From assembly GCA_039621445.1 (NCBI GenBank), contig CP154954.1, positions 29,273,411 through 29,337,410 on the forward strand: 64,000 nucleotides of DNA, read 5' to 3'. This DNA is from Euglena gracilis. Lineage: Eukaryota. Position numbers and translations under genes: made by a program. Under the pieces are notes generated by a model. It saw nothing but the letters and a program-made list of their open reading frames with translations. It did not search any database and was not told the DNA's origin. Within the stretch, counting starts at the first letter, position 1; each line of letters begins with the position of its first letter. This document shows, one piece after another, positions 33,597 to 48,000 of the stretch.

Positions 33597-36500
33597 CTAT
33601 ACAAAAATCGACCGACACTAACAGATTCAGCAGGGGCGCCGGGCGCGAGCTAGCGAAGCGAGCCGCCCGGCGCCCCTGCTGAATCTGTTAGTGTCGGTCG
33701 ATTTTTCTAAAACCTATTTTGTCTGGGCCCGACGCCTGTCTTGAAATTCATTCGACCGAACCGCCTGGACGGAAATATGGCCAAAAAAGTGGTTTTTGGC
33801 CCATGCCTGAATGGAAAACGCTAGACATAAACGGGCGCCTGAATGGAAATCGACCGACATAAACGGGCGCCTGAATGGAAATCGACCGACATAAACGGGG
33901 GCCTGAATGGAAATCGACTGACATAAACGGATTCCGATGTCATGGAAATCGACCAACCTTTTGGGCCCTTTTTCTGAATGCTTTTTTGTTCCGTTTTGGG
34001 ACATTTTCAGTTTCAGCCTGAAATACGTTAATGTCGGCCAACCTTTTTTTCTGTGTCAAGAATTGTGTTTAAGCCAAGAGTTAGGGGGAGCCCAGGGGCG
34101 GGGACCGCGGCGCCGAAGGCGCCGCGGTCCCCGCCCCTGGGCCCCCCTAAAACCTTGGCCCAAAACACTGTTCTTGTTTGACACCGTGTTTTGGGCGAAG
34201 ATTTAAGACTTTAAAAGTCTCGAAATCGGCCCAAACACGGTTTCTATACACAAATTGTGGCTGAGCCCAGATTTCAGCCTGAAAACGTGTTCAGCCAGCG
34301 GGCCCCCGAAGTGGGCCCCCTGAACACGTTTTCTATATCGAAAACTGCGTCCCAGACGCCGGTTCGGGCGGGAAACCTGTGCCTGGGACGCCGGTTCGGG
34401 CGGTAGCCCGAACCGGCGTCCCAGGCACAGGTTTCCCGCCCGAACCGGCGTCTGGGACACAGTTTTTGAAACCGTGGCTAGGGGGCTCCGTTTTCATGCC
34501 CGAACCGGCGTCTAGGGAATCACGGCCAATTTCGCCCAAAATACCCATGTTTGGGGCAGTTTTGGGCGATTTTGGCCCAAATGGGCCGCCGGTCAAAAAT
34601 GGCAGATTCCACACTTATGAAGCCATGTTACCCATTAATCGAAAGCTCTTCTCAAGGGCTTTCGACAGATAATCACAGGATTCGGCCATAATGCACGCAG
34701 CGCTTATTTTCAGCGATCGTGTATTCCAAAATTTAACATCCTAATTTGTCAAATCCCACAGTTCAGGTTGCAAATTGCATATCAAACGAAAGGTCTCGCC
34801 AACACCTTTCGCTTGGTACCCACAGAACTCTGCCAGATTGCAAAGCGACCTCAAAATCAGCGATCGCATTTTTCCGCATTTTTCGGACCCCATTTGCATA
34901 TCTGAAATTGCACTTTTCAGCTGCCATGTTACCCATCGATCGAAAGCTCTTCTCAAGGGCTTTCAGCAGATGGCCTTAGATTTCAGCCATGCTGTGTGGT
35001 ATTCTATTTCAGAAAATCTCCAAAATTGGCCAAAAGGAAACTTTTCCTCAAAAACCCCCAATTTTTGGCCCAAGACCACCCAAAAACTGCGCAAATGTGA
35101 TTACCACATGTCTACAAACCCTTTTGGACACTTTTTGGCACTTTTTATTTTGGGTCCCCCAGACGCCGGTTTCCCGCCCGAACCGGCGTCTGGGACGCCG
35201 GTTCGGCGCAGAAATTTCCCGCCCGAACCGGCGTCCCAGACGCCGGTTCGGGCATGAAAACGGAGCCCCCAGACACGGTTTCAGGCTGAAATCTGGGCTC
35301 AGCCACAATTCGTTTAAAAACGTGTTCAGAGCCCGCCAAATGCCTGCCCTGAAATTCGTGGTCATGATTCACGCAAGGGGTCAAAAACGCGAATTTGTGA
35401 AATTCGGACCCAAAAAACGGCGCCCTCATTGAAAACGTGCCTGAACACAGATGCCTTCATTGAAAACGTGTCATTGCCACAAATGCCCTCACTGAAAACG
35501 TGTCATTGCCACAAATGCCCTCACTGAAAACGTGTCACCCCCCCCCTTTTTTTCTTTTTTTCCTTTTTCCCGCAGCCCTGCCAATATGGCCAAACGCACG
35601 GCAAACTTTGTGAATGGTCTTTTGCCACCTCCCCCTAGGACGGAACTGTTCCTGGCTGCTCTCGCGGTATACCAGCAAGATGCCAAGAAGCCGAAGGTTG
35701 ACCCCCTTCATGGCACCTTGCTGGCACAGGGCAACACAAAGAAAAAGTCCGGCTCCGTGGGTGCAGAGCTTGCTGCTGTTGCCAACTGTTTGGAGTTCGC
35801 CAAACTGTGTCAACATCGGCAAGCCTCTTATCCTGAGCTGGATGCTTTCTTTGTTGCCTGGACGGGATGGGAGCTGGAACCCAGCCTGTTGTTCGATGAG
35901 GCGAGCGTCATCGAACAATGTGTGGCTCAACGTGAGCAGCAGTCGGGAACTTTGTTCGTTTCAGGGAATCGTTCGGCAACCTCTTTTCAGACATACGTGA
36001 ATGCCGTCGCTCCGCCTGACCAGTGTTCCCTCTGTCTCTCCCACCGCCGAGCAACGTTCCGCTCCTGCGGTCAGCTCTGTTCCCTCCCCTGACCAACCCC
36101 CTGTGCCTCGTGGTGTGTCCCGACTGCCTATAAAACAGGAGAAATGTGGTTTTTGTGGTGGTGCCATTCCGAAAAATCCAAATTGTGTGGAGCTGAACAA
36201 AGTTGTCTGTGACGCCTGCGGTTTGGCATATCATTTTCATTGCCAAGATTTGCGGCGGCCACCACAGTATGGCTCTTTTTTGTGTAAAGCCTGTCGTGTG
36301 CCGTGATTTTCGCCCCTTCCCTGTCGTTGTGCCAAGGCAACCTAGCCTTCTTGTTGTCGTCTTCTTCGTGTTGTAGAGTGCCCCCGACCGGCCTCACCCG
36401 TTGAGGACCACCCGGCCTCTCAACCGCACGCCGATTTTTCATGATAGCGATTTTCGTTTCTTGCTGGGGGTTGCCACAGATGCCCTCACTGAAAACGTGC

Positions 36501-39500
36501 CTGAACACAGATGCCTTCACTGAAAACGTGTCATTGCCACAAATGCCCTCATTGAAAACGTGCCTGAACACAGATGCCTTCACTGAAACCATGTTTTGGG
36601 CGAAGATTTAAGACTTTCAAAGTCTCGAAATCGGCCCAAACACGGTTTCTATATCGAGAACTGTGTCCCAGACGCCGGTTCGGGCGGGAAACCTGTGCCT
36701 GGGACGCCGGTTCGGGCGGTAGCCCGAACCGGCGTCCCAGGCACAGGTTTCCCGCCCGAACCGGCGTCTGGGACACAGTTTTTAAGCCGGCGTTTGAGAC
36801 GCCGGGCTCAGGACAGAACCGGCGTCCCCCCCCACGGGCTTCCGGACGCCGGTTCTGTCCTAAAGCCCGGCGTTAGGAACGCCGGCTTTGTCCAAAGCCC
36901 GGCGTCCGATTTTCATTCCTAAAAATGTCTAGGGTACCAAGTTACCCCTCGATCGAAAGCTCTTTTCAACAGACGACCAGCGGTGCTCATCAGATCTTTC
37001 CACGCTGCACGGTACTCTATTTCCAAATCTGGGCCAATTTTCACCAAATTTGGATATCCACCCCACTGGTCCCCAGATGGCAAAATTCTGTCCTAGATGG
37101 TTGAAACACTCATACCAGCACCTTAGGGCCACTTTTGGGCACTTTTGGTACGTTGCACGCAGCCCGAGATACGCTCGCGATCGTCGGATCGGCCAGAATC
37201 TGAGTCGAAATTTGTCGCAATCTTCAGTGATTTTTGGTTTAAGATGCTGAATAAACCTTACAGAAACGTTTTTCCTCTTCGAATCAACGACCTGAGGGCC
37301 TTGGGGGGGCACCAGAGTTGTGAAATTAGGATTTCCCAGTGACAGAAAATAAGAGCTCCAGGCGACGTCGCTGAATTTGGTGGTGATCGCCAGTCGTCTG
37401 ATGAAAAGAGCTTTCGATCGAGGGGTGATTTTATACCTGGACGATTGACACAGCCAGAAATACCCTCGCGATCGCCGGAATTTGGTGAAGTGCAAAGTGG
37501 TGTGACATTGCAGATCAGTGGTCGGAGATTGGTCCTGGGAGTGTCCTTTGGCCGAAGGTTGGGGACGCCGGTTCTGTCCTGAGCCCGGCGTCTCTAAAAC
37601 GCCGGCTTAAACAAGAGGTGTCGGACGCCGGTTCTGTCCAAAGCCCGGCGTTCCAAACGCCGGTTCCGTCCTTCGGACGGAACCGGCGTTTGGAACGCCG
37701 GGCTTTGGACAGAACCGGCGTCCGACACCTCTTTTTTGTAGTAGAAACCGTGGCTAGGGGGCTCCGGTTTCATGCCCGAACCGGCGGCTAGGGAATCGCG
37801 GCCAATTTCGCCCAAAATACCCATGTTTGGGGCAGTTTTGGGCGGTTTTGGCCCAAATGGCCGGCCGGTCAAAAATGGCAGATTTCATACTTATGAAGGC
37901 ATGTTACCCATTAATCGAAAGCTCTTTTAAAGGGCTTTCGACAGATGGCCACAGGATTCGGCCATAATGCACGCAGCGCTTATTTTCAGCGATCGTGTAT
38001 TCCAAAATCTGTCATCCTAATTTGTCAAATCCCACAGCTCAGGTTGCATATTGCATATCAAACGAAAGGTCTCGCCAACACCTTTCGCTTGGTACCCACA
38101 GAACTCAGCCAGATTGCAGAGCGCCCTCAAAATCAGCGATCGCATTTTTCCGCATTTTTCGGACCCCATTTGCATATCTGAAATTCCACTTTTCAGCTGC
38201 CATGTTGCCCATCGATCGAAAGCTCTTCTCAAGTGCTTTCTGCAGATGGCCTTAGATTTCTGTCATGCTGCGTGGTATTCTATTTCAGAAATTCTCCAAA
38301 ATTGGCCAAAAGGAAATTGTTGCTCAAAAAACCCCAATTTTTGGCCCAAGACCACCCAAAAACTGCTAAAATACGAATGCCACCTGTCTACAAACCCTTT
38401 TGGACACTTTTTGGCACTTTTTATTTTGGGTCCCCCAGACGCCGGTTTCACGCCCGAACCGGCATCTGGGACGCCGGTTCGGCGCAGAAATTTCCCGCCC
38501 GAACCGGCGTCCCAGACGCCGGTTCGGGCATGAAACCGGAGCCCCCAGACACGGTTTCTGATACGAAAACTGTGTCCAGAACGCCGGTTCGGACCACGGA
38601 ACTGTGTTCCAGAACGCTGGTTCGGGCGGCAGCCCGAACCGGCGTTCTGGAACACAGTTCCATGGTCCGAACCGGCGTTCTGGACACAGTTGTTGAAACC
38701 GTGGATTAGGGGCTCTGGCTTCACGCCCGAACCGGCGTTCAAGGAATCCAGGCCAATTTCGGCCTAAATACCCATTTTTCGAACATTTTGGAGCATTTTT
38801 GGGCTCCTTTGGGCGCATGGCCATATCGACCGGCCGATTGAAGTTTTCAAACGTCTGGTGCCATGTTACCCATCGATCGAAAGCTCTTCTCAAGTGCTTT
38901 TGGCAGATGGCCACAGGATTCAGCAATAATCCACACAGCGCTTATTTTCAGCGATCGTGCATTCCAAAATTTGACATCCTAATTTGTGAAATCCCACACC
39001 TGAGGTGCCATACAGCATATCAATCGAAAGCTCTCGCCAAGGCCTTTCATTTGGTACCCACAGAACTCAGCTACACTGCAGAGCACTCTGAAAATCGGCG
39101 ATCGCATTTTCCGACCCTGTTTGCAAAGTCGAAATTCCTATGTTTCACCATCCATGTTGCCCATCGATCGAAAGCTCTTCTCAGAGGCTTTCAGCAGATG
39201 GCCTTAGATTTCAGCCGTGCTGCATGGTATTCTATTTCAAAAATTCCCTGAATTTGGCCGAATGGAAATTGTTGCACAAAATACCCCAATATCTGGCCAA
39301 TTACCCCCCAAAAACTGCTCAGATGTGATTGCCACATGTCTACTAAGCATTTTGAACACTTTTTGGCACTTTTTATTTTCGGTCCCCTGGACGCCATCTT
39401 CATGCCCGAACCGGCGTTCCAGAACGCCGGTTCGGCGCAAAAAATTCTGCGCTGAACCGGCGTTCTGGAACGCCGGTTCGGGCGTGAAGCCAGAGCCCCA

Positions 39501-39693
39501 ATACACGGTTTCAGTGAAGGCATCTGTGTTCGCCTTCGGCGCCGCGGTCCCCGCCCCTGGGCTCCCCTAACTCTTGGCCCAAACACAGTTCTTGACACAG
39601 AAAACGTGTCATTGCCACAAATGCCCTCATTGAAAACGTGTTCATGACCACAAATTTCAGGGCAGGCATTTGGCGGGCTGAACACGTTTTTAA
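33597..39693. mobile_element. Nested cluster of long-hairpin non-autonomous elements (X from 33597, Y 34244-39693, Z 34333-35281 and further Z-like copies)
   Basis: Near-perfect palindromes at 33603-33706, 34091-34142, 34350-34456, 36660-36780 and 38569-38690. Block 34470-35280 recurs at ~37745-38560 and ~38700-39510. Confidence 0.7.
35586..36306 (+). CDS. PHD-finger cassette in two overlapping frames (35586-36092, then +1 frame to 36306)
   Basis: CGFC...VVCDACGLAYHFHC...FLCKAC is a C4HC3 PHD pattern. A pyrimidine tract plus CAG lies just upstream of the ATG. Confidence 0.7.
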
Positions 39694-42043
39694 CAGGTTT
39701 TAACAGTTGCCACCCCAAATAATCTTAAGTTCCGTCCTTCCGTCCGTTCCATCCAAAATTCAGCCAGTTGTGATGACCTGACCCCCTCCCCCTCCCACCC
39801 CCTCCAAAAAAATTCATCCAAATATGAAGGAAAATGACTCGAAACCCACCCAAATGCCTTCCAGAACCCCCAACCCAACCACCAATGGTCAGTAGCCATG
39901 GCCGCCAACGACTAGTCGCTAGCGACCATGGTCGCTAGGGACCGGTTGCTGCAGAAAACTCCCCCCTCCACCCCCATCCGAGCCTTAAATAACATTAAAT
40001 AACAAAATCCCTTCTGTGCTGGCAACATACTCGGGGGCTAAGCCGTTTTTGTGGCTCACTTTGGCATAGGCGGGGGGGGGGGCTCCCCCCCCCCCCCCCC
40101 CGCACACCCCCCCCTCAAAAAACAAAATCCCTTCTATGTTGGCAACATACCCCCCCCCCATATTGTCCCCCCCCCCCATATTGTCCCTCGGCCCGGCCGA
40201 CGAGGGGGTTTTTTGGCTCGGTCAATGAAATTTCCTTTGGTACCCCCATATTGTCCCCCCCCCCATATTGTCCCGTCGGGCCTCCGGGGGAGAGGTCGGT
40301 GGGACCAGGGAATTTCTTAAGGACCCCCCGGGGGGGGGGGGGGGGTCCGGCCTCCGGCTGGCGAAAAGGCTGCTGGCTGGAGATGAGCTGCTGGCTGGAC
40401 GCCCCCGGGGGGGGGGGGTGGGGGGGGAGGGGGGGATCCGGGGCTGGAGCGGGCTGGGCTGGGCTGGGTTGAGGAAAAACAAAATTTTCTAACACATTTT
40501 TGCCATTTTCGACATTTTGATGGGTGGAGCTAGATCAAGGCTGGGGGGCTGTGATGGAGGGGCTGTGATGAGGGGGGAAGATGCAGGGATAAATGACCTG
40601 GACAGCCCAGTTGGCTGGCCGGCCTGCGGCCGGCTGGGCCGGCCTTCGGCCGGCTGGCCCGGCCTCTGGCCGGGCTGGACCCGACTTTATTTCACTCGAC
40701 CCCCGGGGGGGGGGGGGCTCCCAGCCCGAATTTGGGCTGCTGGCTGGATTTGAGCTGCTGGCTGGCTGGACCCCCCCCCGGGGGGTAGGGTACCCTCCGG
40801 CTTAAGAAATTCCCTGGGTGGGACAATATGGGGGGGGTACTCGGGGGCTAAGTCGTTTTTGTGGCTCACTTTGGCATAGGCGGGGGGGGGGGCTCCGCCC
40901 CCCCCCCCTCAAACAACAAAATCCCTTCTATGTTGGCAATATACTTGGAGGGATAAGTTCTTTTTGTGCAAATTTTGACTTATATATTGAAAATCCAATG
41001 GGGAGAGGTGTTCTTTTGCCAAAAGTGGCCCAAAATGGACATTTCCCCCCCATTTTTTTTGCATATTCACCCCCGATTGGGGGTTCTGGAGCCATTTGGG
41101 TCACTGCCCCCCCCCCCTCCCGTCTCGCCGACTGGCTACCGACCAATTGGTCGGCCGACTACCATGCCCCCCCCCCCCCGAGCTATTCCCATTGGGGGTA
41201 CGGGAATAGCTCACCGTCATAGCACTTTTTATAAAGAACTTCCGAAGAAGGTGGTCAAAAATCGACGTTTTTGGACCATTTTGAAAAATCACCTTTTGGC
41301 AAATGTGCACAAAAATGACCATTTTTTGCGAACATCCAAAAAAAGTTGCCAAAAATGACCCCTTTTGGGTTGCCCGAGGGTCGGGTATGGGAATAGCTCG
41401 GGGGGGGACCTAGGTCCCCCCCCCCGAGCTGTTCCCCCCCCCCCCGTACTGTTCCCATTGGGCCGTAAAGGGTCCCGGGGACGGGAATAGCTCGGGGGGG
41501 GGGGGGCATGGTAGTCGGCCGACCAATTGGGTAGTCGGCCGACTACCCACTACCCCCCCAGTCTACCGTTCGGCACTAATTTACGCCCAGGGACTGTAGA
41601 AACACAGATTTTGACCAAAGCCATGTTGCTATAAACACAGTAATGGCTTCCTGCTCATCAAACAAAAAAACTGCCTGAATGCAGCGACGTCCCCACGCAC
41701 GCAAAAACTCACCAATTGATAAGTATTTCACACCCAGTTGATTGCAAAGATCAACAAATGACAAAAAAACGAGCCAAACTAGCTCGCTGCACGTTCTGAG
41801 AACCAGGCATTTTGGGGGGGGGGAGACGTGAAAAGTGGGCCGTTAACAGGGTCCTCGGGATCTTTTTTTCGCCACAGCAGCAGCTTTTTGTCTCTCAGCC
41901 ACGAAAAACTCCAGGGATGGAGGGGCTTTCAGACTGGCCCCCCACACGAGGTTTTGCCGCTTGGCCATCAAGAACAATCTATGAAAAAATAAAGAATCCA
42001 AATTTCACTTTTCACCTGACCAATTTCATCACATCACTCATTT

Positions 42044-44794
42044 CTATACAAAAATCGACCGACACTAACAGATTCAGCAGGGGCGCCGGGCGCGAGCTAG
42101 CGAAGCGAGCCGCCCGGCGCCCCTGCTGAATCTGTTAGTGTCGGTCGATTTTTCTAAAACCTATTTTGTCTGGGCCCGACGCCTGTCTTGATATTCATTC
42201 GACCGAACCGCCTGAACGGAAATATGGTAAAAAAAAAGTGGTTTTTGGCCCATTAACGGGCGCCTGAATGGAAATCGACTGACATAAACGGCGCCTGAAT
42301 GGAAATCGACCGACATAAACGGGCGCCTGAATGGAAATCGACCGACATAAACGGGCGCCTGAATGGAAATCGACTGACATAAACGGGCGCCTGAATGGAA
42401 ATCGACTGACATAAACGGTTTCCGATGTCTTGGAAATCGACCAACCTTTTGTTTCCTTTTTGAATGCCTTTTTGTTCCGTTTTGGGACATTTTCAGTTTC
42501 AGCCTGAAGCCCGTTAATGTCGACCAACCTTTTGCCTTTTTTTTCGGAATGCTTTTTTCTTTTTTCTATACACAAATTGTGGCTGAGCCCAGATTTCAGC
42601 CTGAAAACGTGTTCAGGGGGCCCCCTTCGGGGGCCCCCTGAACACGTTTTCAGGCTGAAATCTGGGCTCAGCCACAATTTGTTTAAAAATGTGTTCAGAG
42701 CCCGCCAAATGCCTGCCCTGAAATTCGTGGTCATGATTCACGCAAGGGGTCAAAAACGCGAATTTTGTGAAATTCGGACCCAAAGAACGGCGCCCTCATT
42801 GAAAACGTGCCTGAACACAGATGCCTTCATTGAAAACGTGTCATTGCCACAAATGCCCTCACTGAAAACGTGCCTGAGCACAGATGCCTTCACTGAAAAC
42901 GTGTCATTGCCACAAATGCCCTCACTGAAAACGTGTCACCCCCCCCCTTTTTTTCTTTTTTTCCTTTTTCCCGCAGCCCTGCCAATATGGCCAAACGCAC
43001 GGCAAACTTTGTGAATGGTCTTTTGCCACCTCCCCCTAGGACGGAACTGTTCCTGGCTGCTCTCGCGGTATACCAGCAAGATGCCAAGAAGCCGAAGGTT
43101 GACCCCCTTCATGGCACCTTGCTGGCACAGGGCAACACAAAGAAAAAGTCCGGCTCCGTGGGTGCAGAGCTTGCTGCTGTTGCCAACTGTTTGGAGTTCG
43201 CCAAACTGTATCAACATCGGCAAGCCTCTTATCCTGAGCTGGATGCTTTCTTTGTTGCCTGGACGGGATGGGAGCTGGAACCCAGCCTGTTGTTCGATGA
43301 GGCGAGCGTCATCGAACAATGTGTGGCTCAACGTGAGCAGCAGTCGGGAACTTTGTTCGTTTCAGGGAATCGTTCGGCAACCTCTTTTCAGACATACGTG
43401 AATGCCGTCGCTCCGCCTGACCAGTGTTCCCTCTGTCTCTCCCACCGCCGAGCAACGTTCCGCTCCTGCGGTCAGCTCTGTTCCCTCCCCTGACCAACCC
43501 CCTGTGCCTCGTGGTGTGTCCCGATTGCCTATAAAACAGGAGAAATGTGGTTTTTGTGGTGGTGCCATTCCGAAAAATCAAAATTGTGTGGAGCTGAACA
43601 AAGTTGTCTGTGACGCCTGCGGTTTGGCATATCATTTTCATTGCCAAGATTTGCGGCGGCCACCAAAGTATGGCTCTTTTTTGTGTAAAGCCTGTCGTGT
43701 GCCGTGATTTTCGCCCCTTCCCTGTCGTTGTGCCAAGGCAACCTAGCCTTCTTGTTGTCGTCTTCTTCGTGTTGTAGAGTGCCCCCGACCGGCCTCACCC
43801 GTTGAGGACCACCCGGCCTCTCAACCGCACGCCGATTTTTCATGATAGCGATTTTTGTTTCTTGCTGGGGGTTGCCACAGATGCCCTCACTGAAAACGTG
43901 CCTGAACACAGATGCCTTCACTGAAAACGTGTCATTGCCACAAGGTGTCAATGCCCCCATTGAAAACGTGTTCATGACCACGAATTTCAGGGCAGGCATT
44001 TGGCGGGCCGAACACGTTTTTAATCTCTATATCAAGAACAGCGTCTTAAACGCAGACTCTGACCTGAGTCTGCGTTTCGAACCGCAGACTCAAGCCGAAT
44101 AACAGACTGAGCGTTTCGAAACACAGACTCAGGCCAGAGTCTGCGTTTTTTTAGAAACACAGATTTTGACCAAAGCCATGTTGCTATGAACACAGCCTTG
44201 GCCCGAAATCCGATGATGTCAATATAATTGCAATACAGGCGTCAAGCCCAGAAAATAGGTTTGACATTGCCAAATCACTCCTCACCCGAAAGCTTTTCTT
44301 TCAGATGACCAGTGATGACAACTGGTTCAGGACAAATTTGCCGAATGCTTTTTCTGAAGATCCAGAAAATAATATCCTTAAATACCGTCCTTCCGTCTGT
44401 TCCATCCAAAGTTCAGCCAGCTGTGATCACCTGGCCACAAAATTTGGTTTTTGTCTGATCCATAACTCCTCCACAACCCCATAGGACCAAAAATGTCGGA
44501 AAAAAGGGAAATCCAAAATGTCCAAAAAGTCCCTAAAAATTCCCAATCTGACCAGCAACAGATTTCAATGGAATGGAAATCGACCGACATAAACGGGCGC
44601 CTGAATGGAAATCGACCGACATAAACGGGCGCCTGAATGGATATCGACTGACATAAACGGGCGCCTGAATGGAAATCGACCGACATAAACGGGCGCCTGA
44701 ATGGAAATCGACCGACATAAACAATTTCAGCCTGAAATCCGTTAATGTCAGTAGAATTTCAAGACAGGCGTCGGGCCCAGAAAATAGGTTTTAA
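42044..44794 (-). mobile_element. Family X long-hairpin element with 32-bp central repeats, containing a family Y copy (42566-44023)
   Basis: Hairpin at ~42050-42153. Subterminal IR AAACCTATTTTGTCTGGGCCCGACGCCTGTCTTGA / TCAAGACAGGCGTCGGGCCCAGAAAATAGGTTT. Repeats CTGAATGGAAATCGACCGACATAAACGGGCGC. Confidence 0.65.
42987..43707 (+). CDS. Second copy of the PHD-finger cassette
   Basis: Near-identical to 35586-36306, with the same frame break at CCC TGA C (stop 43491-43493). Confidence 0.7.
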
Positions 44795-45084
44795 CATTAA
44801 CGGATTTAGCAAGGGGCGCCGTTACAATGAAACGTTTTTCTGTATGAAAACTGTTAGTGTAGTCAATTTCGCAGGGCCCGCACGCTTGAACAATGTTCGA
44901 CGGCGGGGGGGGGGGGGCGGGGGTTTCGCCAGGGGTAAGCTTTGCTCTTACCCTAAAGGGATAAGAGCTCAGCGACCCCCCCCCAACCCCCCTACCCCCT
45001 AACCACCCCCCCCCCTAACCAGGGTGTGACGTAGAGCTGAGCTCTTTGGGAGACCACCTGACAGGTACAACAGGTACTGGGGGG

Positions 45085-48000
45085 GTACGTACCTATTTAG
45101 ACATGGGCCTTGTCGGCGCCGGTGTGGGGGGGGTACGTACCCCCCCAGGACCTGCGTGTACCCCCCCCCAGGACCTGGACAGGTACAACAGGTGCTGGGG
45201 GGGGTGTACCCCAGGTACGTACCCCCCAGGCCCAGACCGACACCCGACCGGGGCCAGGTTTGGAGGTTTGAGAATGCATTTTCTTGTTTCGTGGGAAACG
45301 CATAATTCTTGTTAAAACTTGGTGGTGGTGCCAGATTTGGAATTTGGCAAAATAATTAGGTTTGGTGACCCTTAATTTGGTCCGTGCTATTTGCCTGCCA
45401 TTCTGAAATTCCTACAGACCCCCCCCCCCAAATTTTTGGTGATTTTGGTGGTTTTTTGAAATGGTGACGAAACCCCCGAAAATCCCCCCCCTCCCAAAAG
45501 AGGACCTGGGAGTGCTTTTGGGGGTTTTTTCCACAACCGTCAGGCAATTATTGCAGATGATCTGAACAAATTTTGGGACATTTTTTTCCCTCTTCATTGA
45601 GCTCGAAAGGTGCATATTTTGCCAGCATCCCACAATTGAAAGAATTTACATTTTTTTTGACCAATTTGGATGGAAAAGTGAGGTTGGCTTGTGCCTGAAA
45701 ATCCCCCCGCCTGATTTTGGACGAAAAACGCGGCCGCAGGGGGGGGGAGCTCTCGATGCGCTACTGTAATTCGAGGTTCAAGCCAAGTGGGACAATTAGG
45801 GCGGGGGGGGGGGGGCTCGAGGACCCCAGCTGACCCATTTTTACCGCACAAAAAAACTGGTGCATCGTTGGACAGCTTTTTCTCATGCAAACTCCAAAAT
45901 CTTTCAAAACAAACACATTTTTGGAGATTTCCTGAGCCTTTTTTGCCGGCTTGTCAAATTTTGCTGGTCTTGCCTTGAGCATACATTTTTTTAAGGTTCT
46001 CCCCCCCCCCCGTGGTTGCAGCCAGCCCTGATTTTGGCCCAGCCCAGCCGCAGCAGCACCCCCTCGGGGGGGGGGGGGGATGCTGCCAGCCCTTCGAGCC
46101 AGCCCCTTTTTGCTGGGTCTATTTTTAGCACTTTTCGCGATTTTTTGGCCATTTTTTTTTGGGGGGCCCCCCGGGGGCCCCCCCCCCCCCCGGCCCCCCC
46201 CAGGGGGTGGGTGGGTGGGGGGGACCCCCCCTCCCCCCCGGTCTTAAAAAACCCCTGTTCGGGTCATGGCCTTTTTTTTTGGTTTCAGCAAAATTTCATT
46301 GGATTTTCGTCGTTTTGGGACCCCCCCCACAACCCGACCGGAGCGGGTAGCAGCCTGGCCATGGGGGGGGGGGTTCTGGGGGAGGTACGTACCTGGTACA
46401 AGGCGCGTACCTGGTACAAGCAGGTACTGGGGGGAGGTACGTACCAGGTACGACCCCCCCACACCGGCGCCGACAAGGCCTATGTCTAAAGAGGTACGTA
46501 CCCCCCCCCAGGACCTGCGTGTACCTGTACAGGTGCAAGCAGGTACACGATAGGTACTGGGGATACGTACCTGGTACGTACCCCCCAGGACCTGCGTGCA
46601 CCTGTACAGGTACACGCAGATACACAACAAAAGGACTTGGTAACACAAGGGATTTTGTTATTTTGGGGCCCTCCAATAGTTGAGCAACAAAAGGGATTTG
46701 CCCACCAAAACGACTTGGAAACACAAGGGATTTTGTTATTTTGGGGCCCTCCAACAGTTGAGCAACAAAGGGGATTTGCCCCCCAAAACGACTTGGCAAC
46801 AGAAGGGATTTTCCCACCAAAATGATTCGGAAACACAAGGGATTTTGTTATTTTGGGATCTCCAATAATTGTGTATCCCCCCCAGGACCTTCGTGTACCT
46901 GTGCAGGTACAACAGGTACTGAGGGGGGTATGTACCTCCCCCCCCCCCCCAAGCCCAATGAACACCCTTGCCCAATGAACAGGGGGTGTTCGGACCGTCT
47001 AGATTGTCACCATATACCTTATCTACACAGAAACCGTACCCCAAGCCCAATGAACACCCCCCGTTCGAACCGTCTAGATTGTCACCTTAGTGTTCATTGG
47101 GCTTGGGGGGGGAGGTACCTATTTAGACATGGGCCTTGTCGGCGCCGGTGTGGGGGGGTACGTACCCCCCCCAGGACCTGTGTGTCCCCCCCCCCCCCGG
47201 ACCTGGACAGGTACAACAGGTGCTGGGGGGGTTGTACCCCAGGTACGTACCCCCCAGAACCCCCCCAGGTCCAGACCGACACCCGACCGGGGCCAGGTTT
47301 TTGGAGATTTGAGAATGCATTTTCTTGTTTCGTGGGAAACGCATAATTTTTGTTAAAACTTGGTGGTGGTGCCAGATTTGGAATTTGGCGAAATAATTAG
47401 GTTTGGTGACCCTTAATTTGGTCCGTGCTATTTGCCTGCCATTCTGACATTCCTACAGACCCCCAAAATTTCTGGTGATTTTGGTGGTTTTTTGAAATGG
47501 TGACGAAACCCCCGAAAATCCCACCCCCCCCTCAAAAGAGGACCTGAGAGCGCTTTTGGGGGTTTTTTCCACAACCGTCAGGCAATTATTGCAGATGATC
47601 TGAACAAATTTTGGGACATTTATTTCCCTCAATCATTGAGCTCGAAAGGTGCATATTTTGCCAGCATCCCACAATTGAAAGAATTTACAATTTTTTGATC
47701 AATTTTGATGGAAAAGCGCGGTTGGTTTGTGCCTGAAAATCCCCCCGCCTGATTTTGGACGAAAAACGCGGCCGCATGGGGGGGGAGCTCTCGATGCGCT
47801 ACTGTAATTCGAGGTTCAAGCCAACTGGGACAATTAGGGCGAGGGGGAGGGGGCTCGAGGACCCCAGCTGACCCATTTTTACCGCACAAAAAACTGGTGC
47901 ATCGTTGGACAGCTTTTTCTCATGCAAACTCCAAAATCTTTCAAAACAAACACATTTTTGGAGATTTCCTGAGCCTTTTTTGCCGGCTTGTCAAATTTAT

